NCBI RefSeq assembly: GCF_023055435.1
Contig: NW_025964002.1
Coordinates: 1,178,001 to 1,242,000, forward strand
Source: Haliotis rufescens
Taxonomy: Eukaryota
DNA length: 64,000 bases
Reading direction: 5' to 3'
The position numbers and the translations under genes are program-made. Under the pieces are notes generated by a model. It did no database searches. It had not been told where the DNA came from and saw only the letters and a list, made by a program, of their open reading frames with translations. Shown here one piece after another: positions 50,091 through 63,811 of the stretch; positions within the stretch are counted from its first letter, which is position 1, and the number at the start of each line of letters is the position of its first letter.

Positions 50091-52313
50091 ATGTTGTAGA
50101 TATGTGATACTGGTTCTGTTATTCAATAGAGGCAGGTACAAAGTCATTGTGTAAAAATGTTTAAATCCCTTTTATGTGATAAGGTTGCTGTTATCCAATA
50201 GAAGCTATGTTTTACATTATATGTGATAAGGATGGGTTTTTTTCAATAGAAGCTATGTTGTATAACTGTGGAAGGGGTGCTGCCATTCAACGGAAGCAGG
50301 TACAAAGAAAGACATTATGTAAAAAATGTTTAAATGCCTTTAATTTATGAGGTTTTGTGGTTGTGAACACAAAAAAGTACCAAACTAAAATTAACAAACA
50401 ATATTTAGATTATGATTTTTTAACAAATGACTTCCATATTTTCTCTTTTTAACTTTGCAAGCCTATTGCAGGCTCATTTGTAAAACAAGGTCAAATGGTT
50501 TTGCTGTAATAAGATATCCTAAACTTTCACATATTTGAGAGTGAAAAGAGGACTGTAAGATTGAGCAACAAGGGGCCCTTCTGCCCATCACATCAATAGT
50601 CAAATGATGATTGCTCTCTTGACAAGATACCTGCTTTATGGCTGCCTCGTTAGGAGTAATTAATGACTTAATTGTAGTGCTGCAATCTCGCTCCTCACCT
50701 CAGCTGGTGTCTGTGGCCTGGGGATCAGCTGTGCGTATGTAGACAACCATCAGCAGTTTCACAACCCAGCCTAAACATCGCTACTGGGATGGTGGGTGGT
50801 TCTTACTGGTTCCATGTGATTGTTTCCAGGCTGGGCTTGTTACTGTTGATAGCTAATCATAACCAAAAAAAGTGTTGTCAATATACAATGGATTTGTTTT
50901 GTGCATATCTATGTCATTGAAAAATATGTTTTGGTTTGTAATTAATTATAATACAGCTCACAGTGTCAGTGACATGATTAAGAAGGCTGTGTGGACAAGA
51001 AGACTAGTCTAGTCATGCTAATATCTTGTTTTTCTGTAGGCTTACAAAATATGTGTTGAAATACAATGTATATTATTTATGTTACAGAGTAAGTGCTAAT
51101 AGTTTTTAAATTAAAAAATAAACATAGTATTGTAAATGATTATGTATGTAGTATTCAGCAACCCTTTTTTATGTTTCATTACAAACAAAAAAATAATAAA
51201 AAAAATCCAGATATTGAAAATGTGAAGTTTAGAAAGCCTTTACAAATGATTATATTGTTTCAGAGTCTTGTGGGTAGCCTGTCTGAAATATTGAAATAAG
51301 ATACTCTTAACAAATATTCATAAACTTCAGACAAATAAAAAACCCACCCTGATGAGAATTATGGTAATAAAGATCTGAGAAGCCACAACGATGACAATCT
51401 CTTCCGGTTGTCGATATCACAGAAGCGTGCTTAGTATTAGAAAACACATCCAGAAGAACGCTAAGTAACGCTAATGTGAACACAATCTACCCCTATCCTG
51501 CCGGGTCACATTCAAGGCTAACACATTAAGCCTATTAGTATATCTGACCAAACATTCGTCCATCAACTTTCAACACTAACAACGGTAGATCCAACACTGT
51601 GTCGAGTTGTCGGCCACTAATACCCGTCCACACCCATCGGGGTGTCAAATGATCCTCGCTATTGTATGTAAATCAGGCCATTGTGTATCCTACCCTCTCC
51701 TCCAGCCCACATGGCTGACATCAAGACGTGTACAGAGCCCTTAAGAAAGATGTTTAAGTACAATATTAAGGAGGATGATGTGATTGTTGTTTCTGCTCAA
51801 GTAGTGACAATGATGCTAAGTGTTAATCTGTTTGTTGGGGCTGTAATTAAGAGTGTTAAATGACCATCTAGGTGTTTGTGTGCCAGGGTACCTTGCACAA
51901 CTTCACTCAAGAGCTGTATGTTTTACAATTCAGTGTCAGTGATTGGTTGGTGGATGTCAGATTTGAAGTAAGCTACATCCCTGATGTGAAGATGTGCTGC
52001 TATTGGCCAGAGGTTGACTGAGTGACAATTGGGATGTACCGCGGCGTGAGTCCAGGGCCACATTGAGTTACTGGTCTTTGATTCCCTGTGTTCAGGAAGC
52101 AGCCGATAGAGGGACTTTACCCACATGCTACACTTTGACTTGCCTCATTTCACACATGTTTTCTCATCCTTGAGTTCAATTTTGTGAAGAACTTTATCTT
52201 TTGCAATTTCGCAATCAAGGACGTACAAGGAAGAACATTGAGGATTTATTCTGAGGATGGTTTGAGATTTTGAGACAGAAACGATAAAATCTTGTTTGAA
52301 TTCGATTTGAATT

Positions 52314-52665
52314 ATGTACGACCGGGCATATCAGTGGCCAAACCAGCAATGCCAATGGCAACAACAGCATCAGCAACCACAGCATCAGCAACATCAGCAG
52401 CAGAATACCCAGCCTGCAACTCCGACTGTCGTCATGCAGTCGGAAACTGCTGGTTACCCAAGCAACTACCATCCGCAGCAGACAGACCAACATGGCGGTC
52501 AGCTGGGACAGAGGAATCGGTCACTTCAGCCTGCTCAGAATAGTTATCGCACGTACCAGCGATATTACCCCCGAGGTTACAACAGTTCCAACTTTCCTAG
52601 TTTCCGATTCCGGTCCGACTGTCGCTATGCAAGTGCCAAGGCTTTGCAGGGACTTCTGACAAAAG
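52314..52665 (+). CDS. Candidate alternative first exon E, Q-rich 117-aa N-terminus (MYDRAYQWPNQQ...ALQGLLTK-G)
   Basis: Long open frame with natural low-complexity protein composition, ending at consensus donor AAG|GTAAGT, phase 1; ATG preceded by an in-frame stop. Confidence 0.7.
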
Positions 52666-52686
52666 GTAAGTGTATCACCCCAGTTT

Positions 52687-52717
<31 letters not shown>

Positions 52718-53605
52718 GCTTGGCGGCTGCTGACTCCTGGCTGAGGGAGGGACGCAGCATCTCCAGGAATGTGGTCTCAGTCGGAACTAGCAGGATCGGA
52801 AATTAATTTTTCAAGACAAGTAGAAACCATATTTCACGAGCCCTTGTGGTTTGTAGTTTGTTCTTCTTGAAGAAGAAATATCTACTATGTTTGCATTTTC
52901 TGTTTTATTCAGTTCCAATTTGTAGTAAAACTGAAGAATTGAGACAGGCTCAGAATCGTACGTATCACCCAACTGCTAAGTAAGTCGGCAATGACAACTA
53001 CCATTATGGAATTTTTATTTGTCCTCAGCATAATTTAGTAGTCATGGACTCGCATGGATTTCTAAGTCTGGTTTTAAAGGGGAGTCGCATAAGATGAGGT
53101 GCAGTGATAATACGAGGCAGTGCAATGGCAGATCCAGAGGGGGGGGGGGTCCAGGGGTCCTGGCTGTGGATTCCATTCTCCTTCGTCCTAGACCAGGAAC
53201 GTCCTTGATGTTGCCATTATGTCTTGTAATTCATGGACACTCCTGTAATTCCCAGTATTGCCAAAGTTCATGGATGGCATACATGGATCTATACCCCACT
53301 GCCATGACGAGAGGATTTCTATGATTGTTAATTCAGTTCCTTGTACACGATCCTTGTAAAACCTCCCTTTTGGGATACAGAACATTTCAATGTTCAAATA
53401 TCTTATCATGTTAAAAATCAGTTTTTGAATCGAAGCTGAATTTATAACAAATCAATATGCAACACAAGCCACATCAGTTTATAACCCAGCTCAAGCAAAA
53501 GGGAAAACAAATACTTGTTATAGACTGGGATCAGTTTGGTCTACAATGGCGCCACCTGGAGGTATAAGCACGTGCAGTTTGTACTTCATCTATGGGAGAT
53601 GCTGA

Positions 53606-55887
53606 GTCAGGTCACTGTGTGTCAGCGGTCACTGTGAGGCTCACTGTCCTGGGTGTCAGCAGTCACTGTGAGGCTCACTGTCCTGGGTGTCAGCGGTCAC
53701 TGTGAGGCTCACTGTCCTGGGTGTCAGCAGTCACTGTGAGGCTCACTGTCCTGGGTGTCAGCGGTCACTGTGAGGCTCACTGCCCTGGGTGTCAGCGGTC
53801 ACTGTGAGGCTCACTGCCCTGGGTGTCAGCGGTCACTGTGAGGCTCACTGCCCTGGGTGTCAGCGGTCACTGTGAGGCTCACTGCCCTGGGTGTCAGCGG
53901 TCACTGTGAGGCTCACTGTCCTGGGTGTCAGTGGTCACTGTGAGGCTCACTGTCCTGGGTGTCAGCGGTCACTGTGAGGCTCACTGTCCTGGGTGTCAGC
54001 GGTCACTGTGAGGCTCACTGTCCTGGGTGTCAGCGGTCACTGTGAGGCTCACTGTCCTGGGTGTCAGCGGTCACTGTGAGGCTCACTGTCCTGGGTGTCA
54101 GCGGTCACTGTGAGGCTCACTGTCCTGGGTGTCAGCGGTCACTGTGAGGCTCACTGTCCTGGGTGTCAGTGGTCACTGTGAGGCTCACTGTCCTGGGTGT
54201 CAGCGGTCACTGTGAGGCTCACTGTCCTGGGTGTCAGCGGTCACTGTGAGGCTCACTGCCCTGGGTGTCAGCGGTCACCGTGAGACTCACTGTCCTGGGT
54301 GTCAGCGGTCACTGTGAGGCTCACTGTCCTGGGTGTCAGCGGTCACTGTGAGGCTCACTGTCCTGGGTGTCAGCCGTCAATGTTAGACTCACTGTCCTGG
54401 GTGTCAGCAGTCACTGTCCTGGGTGTCAGCGGTCACTGTGAGACTCACTGTCCTGGGTGTCAGCAGTCAATGTGAGGCTCACTGTCCTGGGTGTCAGCGG
54501 TCACTGTCCTGGGTGTCAGCGGTCACTGTGAGGCTCACTGTCCTGGGTTTCAGCAGTAACTGTGAGACTCACTGTCCTGGGTGTCAGCAGTCACTGTCCT
54601 GGGTGTCAGCGGTCACTGTGAGACTCACTGTCCTGGGTGTCAGCAGTCAATGTGAGGCTCACTGTCCTGGGTGTCAGCGGTCACTGTCCTGGGTGTCAGC
54701 GGTCACTGTGAGGCTCACTGTCCTGGGTGTCAGCGGTCACTGTGAGGCTCACTGTCCTGGGTGTCAGTGGTCACTGTGAGGCTCATTGTCCTGGGTGTCA
54801 GCGGTCACTGTGAGGCTCACTGTCCTGGGTGTCAGCGGTCACTGTGAGGCTCACTGTCCTGGGTGTCAGCGGTCACTGTGAGGCTCACTGTCCTGGGTGT
54901 CAGCGGTCACTGTGAGGCTCACTGTCCTGGGTGTCAGCGGTCACTGTGAGGCTCACTGTCCTGGGTGTCAGCGGTCACTGTGAGGCTCACTGTCCTGGGT
55001 GTCAGCGGTCACTGTGAGGCTCACTGTCCTGGGTGTCAGCGGTCACTGTGAGGCTCACTGTCCTGGGTGTCAGCGGTCACTGTGAGGCTCACTGTCCTGG
55101 GTGTCAGCGGTCACTGTGAGGCTCACTGCCCTGGGTGTCAGCGGTCACCGTGAGACTCACTGTCCTGGGTGTCAGCGGTCACTGTGAGGCTCACTGTCCT
55201 GGGTGTCAGCGGTCACTGTGAGGCTCACTGTCCTGGGTGTCAGCCGTCAATGTTAGACTCACTGTCCTGGGTGTCAGCAGTCACTGTCCTGGGTGTCAGC
55301 GGTCACTGTGAGACTCACTGTCCTGGGTGTCAGCAGTCAATGTGAGGCTCACTGTCCTGGGTGTCAGCGGTCACTGTCCTGGGTGTCAGCGGTCACTGTG
55401 AGGCTCACTGTCCTGGGTTTCAGCCGTCAATGTTAGACTCACTGTCCTGGGTGTCAGCAGTCACTGTCCTGGGTGTCAGCGGTCACTGTGAGACTCACTG
55501 TCCTGGGTGTCAGCAGTCAATGTGAGGCTCACTGTCCTGGGTGTCAGCGGTCACTGTCCTGGGTGTCAGCAGTCACTGTCCTGGGTGTCAGCGGTCACTG
55601 TGAGACTCACTGTCCTGGGTGTCAGCAGTCAATGTGAGGCTCACTGTCCTGGGTGTCAGCGGTCACTGTCCTGGGTGTCAGCGGTCACTGTGAGGCTCAC
55701 TGTCCTGGGTGTCAGCGGTCACTGTGAGGCTCACTGTCCTGGGTGTCAGTGGTCACTGTGAGGCTCATTGTCCTGGGTGTCAGCGGTCACTGTGAGGCTC
55801 ACTGTCCTGGGTGTCAGCGGTCACTGTGAGGCTCACTGTCCTGGGTGTCAGCGGTCACTGTGAGGCTCACTGTCCTGGGTGTCAGCG
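53606..55887. repeat. 34-bp minisatellite (about 2.3 kb) with 21-bp deletion variants
   Basis: ctgggtgtcagcggtcactgtgaggctcactgtc. Confidence 0.97.
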
Positions 55888-55918
55888 TTATTAAGTATAT
55901 TCAGGTTCTGCACAGGCT

Positions 55919-56128
55919 TGGGCGGTCGGGTAGCCTATTGGTTAATGCATTCGCTCCTCATGCCAATGACCCGGGTTCGATTCCCGACATGGGTACAATG
56001 TGTGAAGCCCATTTCTGTTGACACAGGGCAGTCAGGTAGCCTTGTGGTTAAAGCGTTCACTCATCACGCCAAAGACCTGGGTTTGATTCCCTGCCATGAT
56101 ACTGCTGGGATATTGCTAAAAGCAACAC
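55919..56128 (+). mobile_element. Two truncated family A SINEs in tandem
   Basis: Two tRNA-like heads (about 55919 and 56026) with internal deletions. Confidence 0.75.
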
Positions 56129-57206
56129 TGATCATGCTGCAAGGATAGTTTATGAATAGCTGTACTGAAGCATATCAAATCTATTATCTCAAAAGAAGAT
56201 AAAAAACACTATTATTTCATATTACTATAGTTAATCTGTCATCAGGTGTTTTTTAACTTCTTTTGAGTATTGTCTGCGGATATCATTGTTATTCACAGAT
56301 GATTGTTGAAGAGTAACCTTTCTGTCACATTATTGAAACATGGATATAGTTCGGTAGACTTGCACAAGTCTGTAAGGCAATATTTATCAGTTTAAATCAT
56401 TATTTCTAGATTAAGCAATTAGAACAAGTTGTCCCTATAAGGGACTTGAGTCACATGTCAGAGATTTGCCTATTAGGAGAATAGAATTACTTAACATCCA
56501 TGGACTTATATTTCAATAGCATGGCTGCAGCTTTCATTGTTTATCACAGATGATCTGGTAACAATATAATTTTAATGTTACATCACTGAAACAATTACAA
56601 GCTACAGATAGCCATCATTATCAACCTCAGATGATGGACTACAAGAATGTACTTACAACTTTATGCAACATATCAAACATAGTGTGGCTGCAGATATAGG
56701 TAACATTAGTCACTGATGATGTGGTAGGAGCGTCACTATTGATACGTTTAATTGGCTCCCCCGCATCCCATGTCTGCCTGTCTGTCCTGGTCACGGAGTC
56801 CATCGCTTGCGTCTTGCTGCAGATGAATCAGCTGGGGAAGGAAGCTTCATTGATGTCACTCGCTTGGAGACTGTGTTGTCCTGGCGGCTCTGTGAATGAA
56901 ACTGTTTCACTTTGATGTGCTATATTGAGGATATCATTTGGGGTATCAGTTAATTATTGGTGTTAATTCTGTGTTATTTGTTAACAAAGGAACGTCATTG
57001 CTAACAATAGTCCATTCATTGTGTAATGTGATTGTTCTGTAGGGACTCGGGGACAGACAAACCATGGGTTGATAGCATGAGCAATGATCAGGACACAATG
57101 TGATGCTACCAGATACTCTGAAGACCACTGAGTAGTGCTGGGCTGTCTCCTTCAGAGTCATGTTTTATAACTGAGAGATCACTTAACCTTAATGAGTACA
57201 GGTATT

Positions 57207-57568
57207 CCCGTGAAGATCTGGGGTGGAATAGGTCTTCATCTACCCATGCTTGCCGTAAGAGGCAACTACCCTTGTCGTAAGAGGCAACTACCCTTGTCGT
57301 AAGAGGCAACTACCCTTGTCGTAAGAGGCAACTACCCTTGTCGTAAGAGGCGACTCCCCTTGTCGTAAGAGGCGACTAACAGGATTGGGGGGTCAGACTT
57401 GCTGACTTGGTTGATGCATGTCATTGTATCCCAGTTGCGTGGATCGATGCTCACGATGTCAATCATTGGATTGTCTGGTCTAGATTTGATTAATTCCAGA
57501 CCGCCGTCATATAGCTGGAATATTGCTGAGTGTGGCGTTAAACAACAACAAACAAGCAAACAAACAAA
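57207..57568 (+). mobile_element. SINE-like family C, near full length, with an internal 22-bp expansion
   Basis: cccgtgaagatc... head, about six copies of (ctacccttgtcgtaagaggcaa), body and AAAC tail. Confidence 0.85.
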
Positions 57569-60500
57569 GTGAGGTATTCCCGAGGAAGGTGTCCCCGTTC
57601 CCTGACAAGAGACACCTCACCCAGCTGTGTAATGAGGCAGCTCTAGGTCGTCGTTTCCTCCACCAGACTTAGTCATTATTTCAGAAGTTTTATTTCTTTT
57701 TAGGGAGACAACGTAATATCTGACAATATTTTGTTGTTTTGAAACCTAGCTCTTGTTTAGAAAATTCTGTTATCAAGTACATATCTTAGTCTGGTGAATA
57801 ACACTCATATAGTACTACATCAAGTTGTGCCCAAACTGTGCTGTGTGTTATTGTCTTTTAACAAACAGTGGGGTTTCTGATGAGGATAACGGGAAGATGT
57901 GTGACTAGACCCAGGTGCTTGGGACAAGTGACTAAAGTCACAGACTGCTATATATGACTCCCATGCCAGATCCTGTATTGGGGGAAATGTACGTTAATAC
58001 TCTCCTGCACTTTAACCCACCCCCAAAGATGAGGATGGAAAATAACTGGCATTGAGGACTATTATTTGTGTTAATGAACAGCAGCCCCCCTCCCCCCTCC
58101 CCCTGTGTGGCAGCAGCAGTGGCGGGATGATCTTAGGTAGACGGATGATGCCTGTCCCCGTTGCCGCAGGATGTGATATAGCTATTATTCCTTCACTACA
58201 GTAAATATGTTTCCTGACCTCCATGTAGGAGCTGGTGTTCCCACGTATAAATTTAGACTTGTGTATTAACAATACAGGATTTTTGGCCCACATGTTTAAA
58301 AGACAATATGTTCACGTGATATGACTGTGATTCCTTGTAAAAGTGCAGATGGTGATCACATTCCAGGTTTATGATGCACACTCACCCACTCACCCCGACC
58401 GAAACCTGGGGAGCTGCAGACCCCATCTTTATTAAGCATAATTTAATTGTCATGTTTATAAATTATAACATATGCTTACCATCTTATTATATACTCACTG
58501 ACAAAAGAAACGTGTATACCATGCGTTTTGGTTAATATATGAAGAATTACTCGTATTCAAGAGATATAAGATTGGTTCGATGCACAAACCAATATACCTT
58601 TATGTTACGTGAACCGTTCTTAACATACATACTTCTTTACATGTTTCTATGATTCTCGTTAATTTTTGTGTTGAGAATATATGCATTATTAGTCAACACA
58701 GGTTGAAATAATAAACTGAATCAATGCATGTGTCATGACTATAAATGGCACTATTCCGAGACAACAGATCAAACTAGGCACCAAGGTTTTCAAACAGATT
58801 TTACAAAATGACATTCAGGAAAATCACTTAGAATCTCAGTGTTGTCATTGAAAAATTAATACTTTAATTTGCCAAAGCAATATATTGCTTTTCTCATCTA
58901 GTTTATGAAAAGGATATATTAACATTTATGACAAAATTTTGTTTGCCCACTTGCTAAGCTGTCCCATTGTGAATCCTGTATTGTGTTGATAAACATTAGT
59001 TCATCTTCTTCTTGCTTCTTAATCTGCTAGTTTTCTCCTCTTTTACTACTGATGGTCAAGAGGCCTTGTTTATAAGACCAATGAGATATATGTTGCCAGT
59101 TTCCTGTCGGAACCAAGTTTAAGTAGGTAAAAGAGCCTGATTGTAGATATCCGTATGTCAATGTTGTGTAAGAGTTAGTTAAACACCAACGTTTAATGTC
59201 AATAGGAGTTGTAAGGATATCTGTCAAGATGGCCGCTTCCGCTGCTCGGTCCCTCTGGGGTATCAAGTACTTCTATGCCGTGATGCATGACTCTCTGCTC
59301 AACTTCAGCTTTGCTCAAGATTATGTATATTAGATTGGTAGAATTAAACCTGTACTCCTCAACAAATTGTGGAACTGCAGCGATGGTGTCACAGTTATCT
59401 CCCCTTACCGAGCAAGTGTGGGAGATATCTCTCCTACAGACCCCGGAACGAAAACCTCCAATCAATCCCAAGCTACTCTACACTATAGAGTTGAAGATAC
59501 AAGTGTCTGTCAGATACCATTTATCTTACGAGTTGTTTCAAAACATATCTAACAAGCGAAAGCGAGTAAGCTATGCTTTGAAACAACGAGTTGTTTATAA
59601 ATAGTGTCTGACAGGCCCGAGTGCAGTAATCGGTTTCTTACACATCCTAAAATCACACCTTTTGAACAACAAATCGATGCATTTTATCCTCATCACCCGA
59701 CGTCCATGGCGCGTTAAACAATGCGATGGTCACGAGTGACGCCATCTGACATACTGCTTACTACTCATAAATGATGTGACCCTACACAAAATGGTTCCCG
59801 CCATATCTGTGGATTATCAAGGTGATGATGATAATGCAAACTAGATAAGATTAAAGAACATGTATTGACCCACTTGATGCTGAGTTCATAATTTTCACCT
59901 CAAAGTAATTACCAAATATGTACAACATTGTTCACTTTTGTGTGACATCACTACCGATGACCGACTTTACAAAATAGCGCAGTTCGTAGGATTTTAAGAG
60001 GAGCATTTACTTTGATCGAGGGATCGTATTTACATAGATGTGTCATGTAAGTAATCAGAAACAATCTGACAATCTTCGTACTGTTATGTTTTTATTAAAG
60101 TTTTCCAATGTAACCAAGAGAATTAGTCAGAAATGCAGATTACTACCGTCGTCGTTGTGTGTGACTTTGCGTCTGTCATAGCGTCACACAGGATGGAAAC
60201 TTTTATGATTTCTGTTAAATTTACCTACTCATTGTAATGAATATATTTTTTATAGCATAATTCGTGCTACGAAACTCTTCCATGAATATTGTCAGTGAGC
60301 CAGAGGGAGTCAAAGTAAGCCAATGTATGCACCAGTTACATGAATGGATCTCTCAAAATAGGAGAAAATGCTACACAGTGTAAAATCTGGTTTTTGCTTT
60401 GTTTACATTTCAAACAAGTACAGTTTTCCGATCACAGTGTTTGTTTCCACACCTTGTTTATTTCACTTGATTTCATGGAGATACTGGTAGATAATTTGTA

Positions 60501-61583
60501 GTGGTGACAAAGACCATTTGCCTTATGATACTAAAATGTATGAAGAATTCAGAGATGTATGTATTGTATTATAAATATATACGTGATCCAATATGTGAAA
60601 CAAAATTATGTAAACACTATACAATATGCCGGAAAGTGCACTTTGGGGTTTGTGTTTGCATATTTTCCAAAACATTCTAAACAATTCTAGGCTTATCAGC
60701 GACGTTTCAGAAGTAACATTAGTGATTTGATGAAAAACAGATACCCGTGATCACTAATATTCGAGTAAATATCCGATAATTTGATTTTTAAACATACAGT
60801 AATTTAAAATGCCATGAATAGTGATTTAGTAATGTATAAAAAATTGCAAGATTTCTCATGGACCTAATTTTTAGTGGTCAGTTTTCAGCAATTTTGATTT
60901 GCCTAAACTGACAGTGGATCATATCACAGAACAGGGAATTTCCCACAGAATTCACCCTCTGAAGTGTATTAGTGTGCTTGATGTAATTTAATTTGACTTG
61001 GAAGTGAGGGTTGATGAGGAGGGACATATCTGTCGCTGTGGCATCCAGGCGGTAACACTCTAAACCAAAATGTTCAACACAGACGTGGGTGAACATTCAT
61101 CTTAAGCACAGGTAACTTATCAATGACTTATGATCAGGAAAGTAGTCGTCAGGTCATCACTATGGAGTAGCCAATCACAGGCCTGGAATTTGATCTCATG
61201 CATGTTTCATACCAGATATCTCAAAAGTGTTTCCAACCCACAGGTGTGTAAGAAACAACAAATCTAGACTTCTTCAGTTTCTGAAAATGAAGAAATTCTC
61301 TGGTTCTTGCTAGTTTTGTGTTATAAGAAAGTTTAACAAAATATATCTGACACTGATTTCAATCAGGGACTAATTGTCAGCCCATTGTTATTTGAGTCCC
61401 AGTCCCAGTCCTGCCCCCATAACAGTGGAGTATGTGTCGGATCAGCTGTGGTTGTGCTTCAACATTGGCAAGATAGAGGGTGGCCTAAGTGACCACCTTG
61501 GTGAATTAAAGTAAATAGAGTGTCCGCTCGGAAACTGGAAGATTGGTGGTTCAGTCCCCAGATGGTACTTGTTGTTACCCTCT

Positions 61584-61591
<8 letters not shown>

Positions 61592-61648
<57 letters not shown>
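61592..61648. repeat. (CT)n microsatellite
   Basis: Direct reading. A (GATA)n tract also lies at about 41430-41465. Confidence 0.95.
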
Positions 61649-61651
<3 letters not shown>

Positions 61652-62050
61652 TACTCACTCACTTTTTGAGTGCAGTAAGCTCTGTCAGCACTACTTCATC
61701 TACATCACTACAGCCTGTAAATAGTCAGATTGGAAACCCAAACCAGTGGTTGATGGCATGAGCAACGGCCACCTGGGCTTATGAATGCGATCAGGTCACA
61801 CATTGTAATTACCCATTCCCAATCAGACTTGGCTAATGTGACAAGTACGGGGTACTGGGGAGCTTGTACTCATACTTTCTTAGCCCTCATTATTTTCCCA
61901 CAGATTTATTAGGGAAGGAAATACCAGCATGCAAGGAACATACTAGTGAAAACACTGTCAGACATTGGTGCTAGGTTCCTGCTACAGTCCAGTCACACGC
62001 CTCTCTATTGTTGCCCAATAAAGGATTACAACATGCTCACAGTCAATTCT

Positions 62051-62337
62051 GGGGGCACGATTGGCCCAGTCGTCTAAGGCGCCGTGATTCGCTGTTCAGC
62101 TGTCCCTTGGGCATAGAAACCTATGATTGTGGATTCGATTACCGGTTCACCCTGATTATACTTCTAGGTTTGTCAGCACCATACCCGTGCTTGTGGGTTT
62201 CACCGAAGTGATAAACATCACCTCAGGCTTTCCTACCACATAAGCTACCACGCCGTGATATAACTGGAATACTGTTAAAATCGGTGTTAAACCCAACTCA
62301 CTCACTCACTCACTCACTCACTCACTCACTCACTCAC
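62051..62337 (+). mobile_element. SINE family B
   Basis: tRNA-like head, family B body, (CACT)n tail. Confidence 0.8.
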
Positions 62338-63811
62338 AGTCAAGTCTAATTTGAACATTTACAAATCTGTGCATACATCAAGTCCTACTACATCAAGACA
62401 TCTGGGCAACACAGACCCATTTAAAAGATTGATGACTTGCAGCTTTTATCAAGGTTATGTAAATAGCCAGGCAAAACTCAATGCAACAATATATTACCTA
62501 CTTCTAACTTGTCTTGATCTGCCGTGTAGTCACATGATCTCTGTGAGGTCGGACAGTGAAGGGGATAGGCATGTTTTACATCTGCTTCCAACTGCCATTA
62601 TGTATATGGAAGAGACATCACCTTCTCTGACCCCGCCACAATGCATGGACGGGAGAAGGCTGCCCGCTTGACCCACACTCCAGCATACAGGGGGGCTGAC
62701 TGTGGGCTGTTCTGAGAAGCGAGTTACCCATGGCTGGTGTTGGTCTCCTGATGTGTCAGACCAGCCTGTCATTAGTACCACAGGAATTGGAAGACGGACA
62801 TATAAATAACAGTCAATAATCTGTGTTGGGAAAAGGGACACTGACAGAATAGCAGAAAGTATGGTGAGACATTACATTCAGGGCATCTGTTAGTGGACTT
62901 GTAGGAGCATCCAGCACTAGTGGCACACCTGTACAGGTAAATGCATGGGCTGGGAGATATTGACTTTGTTTGATTCCTGTGAGTTTTTCATGTGAAGAGA
63001 TTACTCCCCTGAATCACAGTGATTGTTAATACCTCAAAATCTGCATCAAGATTTACAAATATACATCATGGACCAATTTGTGATGAAGACATATCAAAGA
63101 CGAGTTCCCGACTTCTAAGGACAATATGTGAGTGAACCAGCTTGAATAGGATTCCCTGAACCAGCTCTCATGTCCGTAGGTCTGTGTGTTCCAAGTATAC
63201 AGTTGTGTTGCACATGGAGACGGGTTGTACAGTTGATTGTTGTCACTCCCAGCACTGCTTTATTCCTGCGTGTGATACGAGATATATTCACTACTTTAAT
63301 GTGTCAGTACTTGACTGTATTCTGGGGCAACCGTCTTGTGTCATGAAAGAGCCTTGAACAATTTCACAACACCAATGAGTCCGAATAACTTGACCAAATA
63401 ATTATTCTTCATGTTGTGTCATGAATCAGCTGATGGGAGATATTCAACTCATTAGATGGTTACAGCAGGGATTTAAGTGTCTTTTTCTGTCATCAGCACA
63501 TGGAAGATTTGTTACAGAAAGGCATGTCTTGCACAATATTTCAAACAATTAGCAATCTGTGATAGCAGCAGTCACAGAGACTGTGAATTATGCAGTTACT
63601 TCTCACACATTTCAGTATGCAAACTGGCTATTTCAAGGCCGATATTCCAAAGGTGGTAAAGTCACGCAAAATGCTTAGGTTTGTTTCTTAGCGGGTAATT
63701 TTGGCAACAGTGTGATGTCATGGCCAATAGATGGCTAATATCTTTATTACGACTTGTGATTATTGGAGCCATAATGAAATTGATAACAAGCCGATGGACG
63801 AGTTGTGATGT

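Noticed and set aside
53606-55887. RAG/Transib-type heptamer CACAGTG/CACTGTG in most 34-bp units
   Set aside because: No nonamer at 12/23 spacing and no transposase nearby; a single 7-mer multiplied by tandem expansion.
59199-59604. Overlapping 90-105-aa ORFs in a non-repetitive block
   Set aside because: No recognisable domain or splice signals; more likely the interior of an old transposon.
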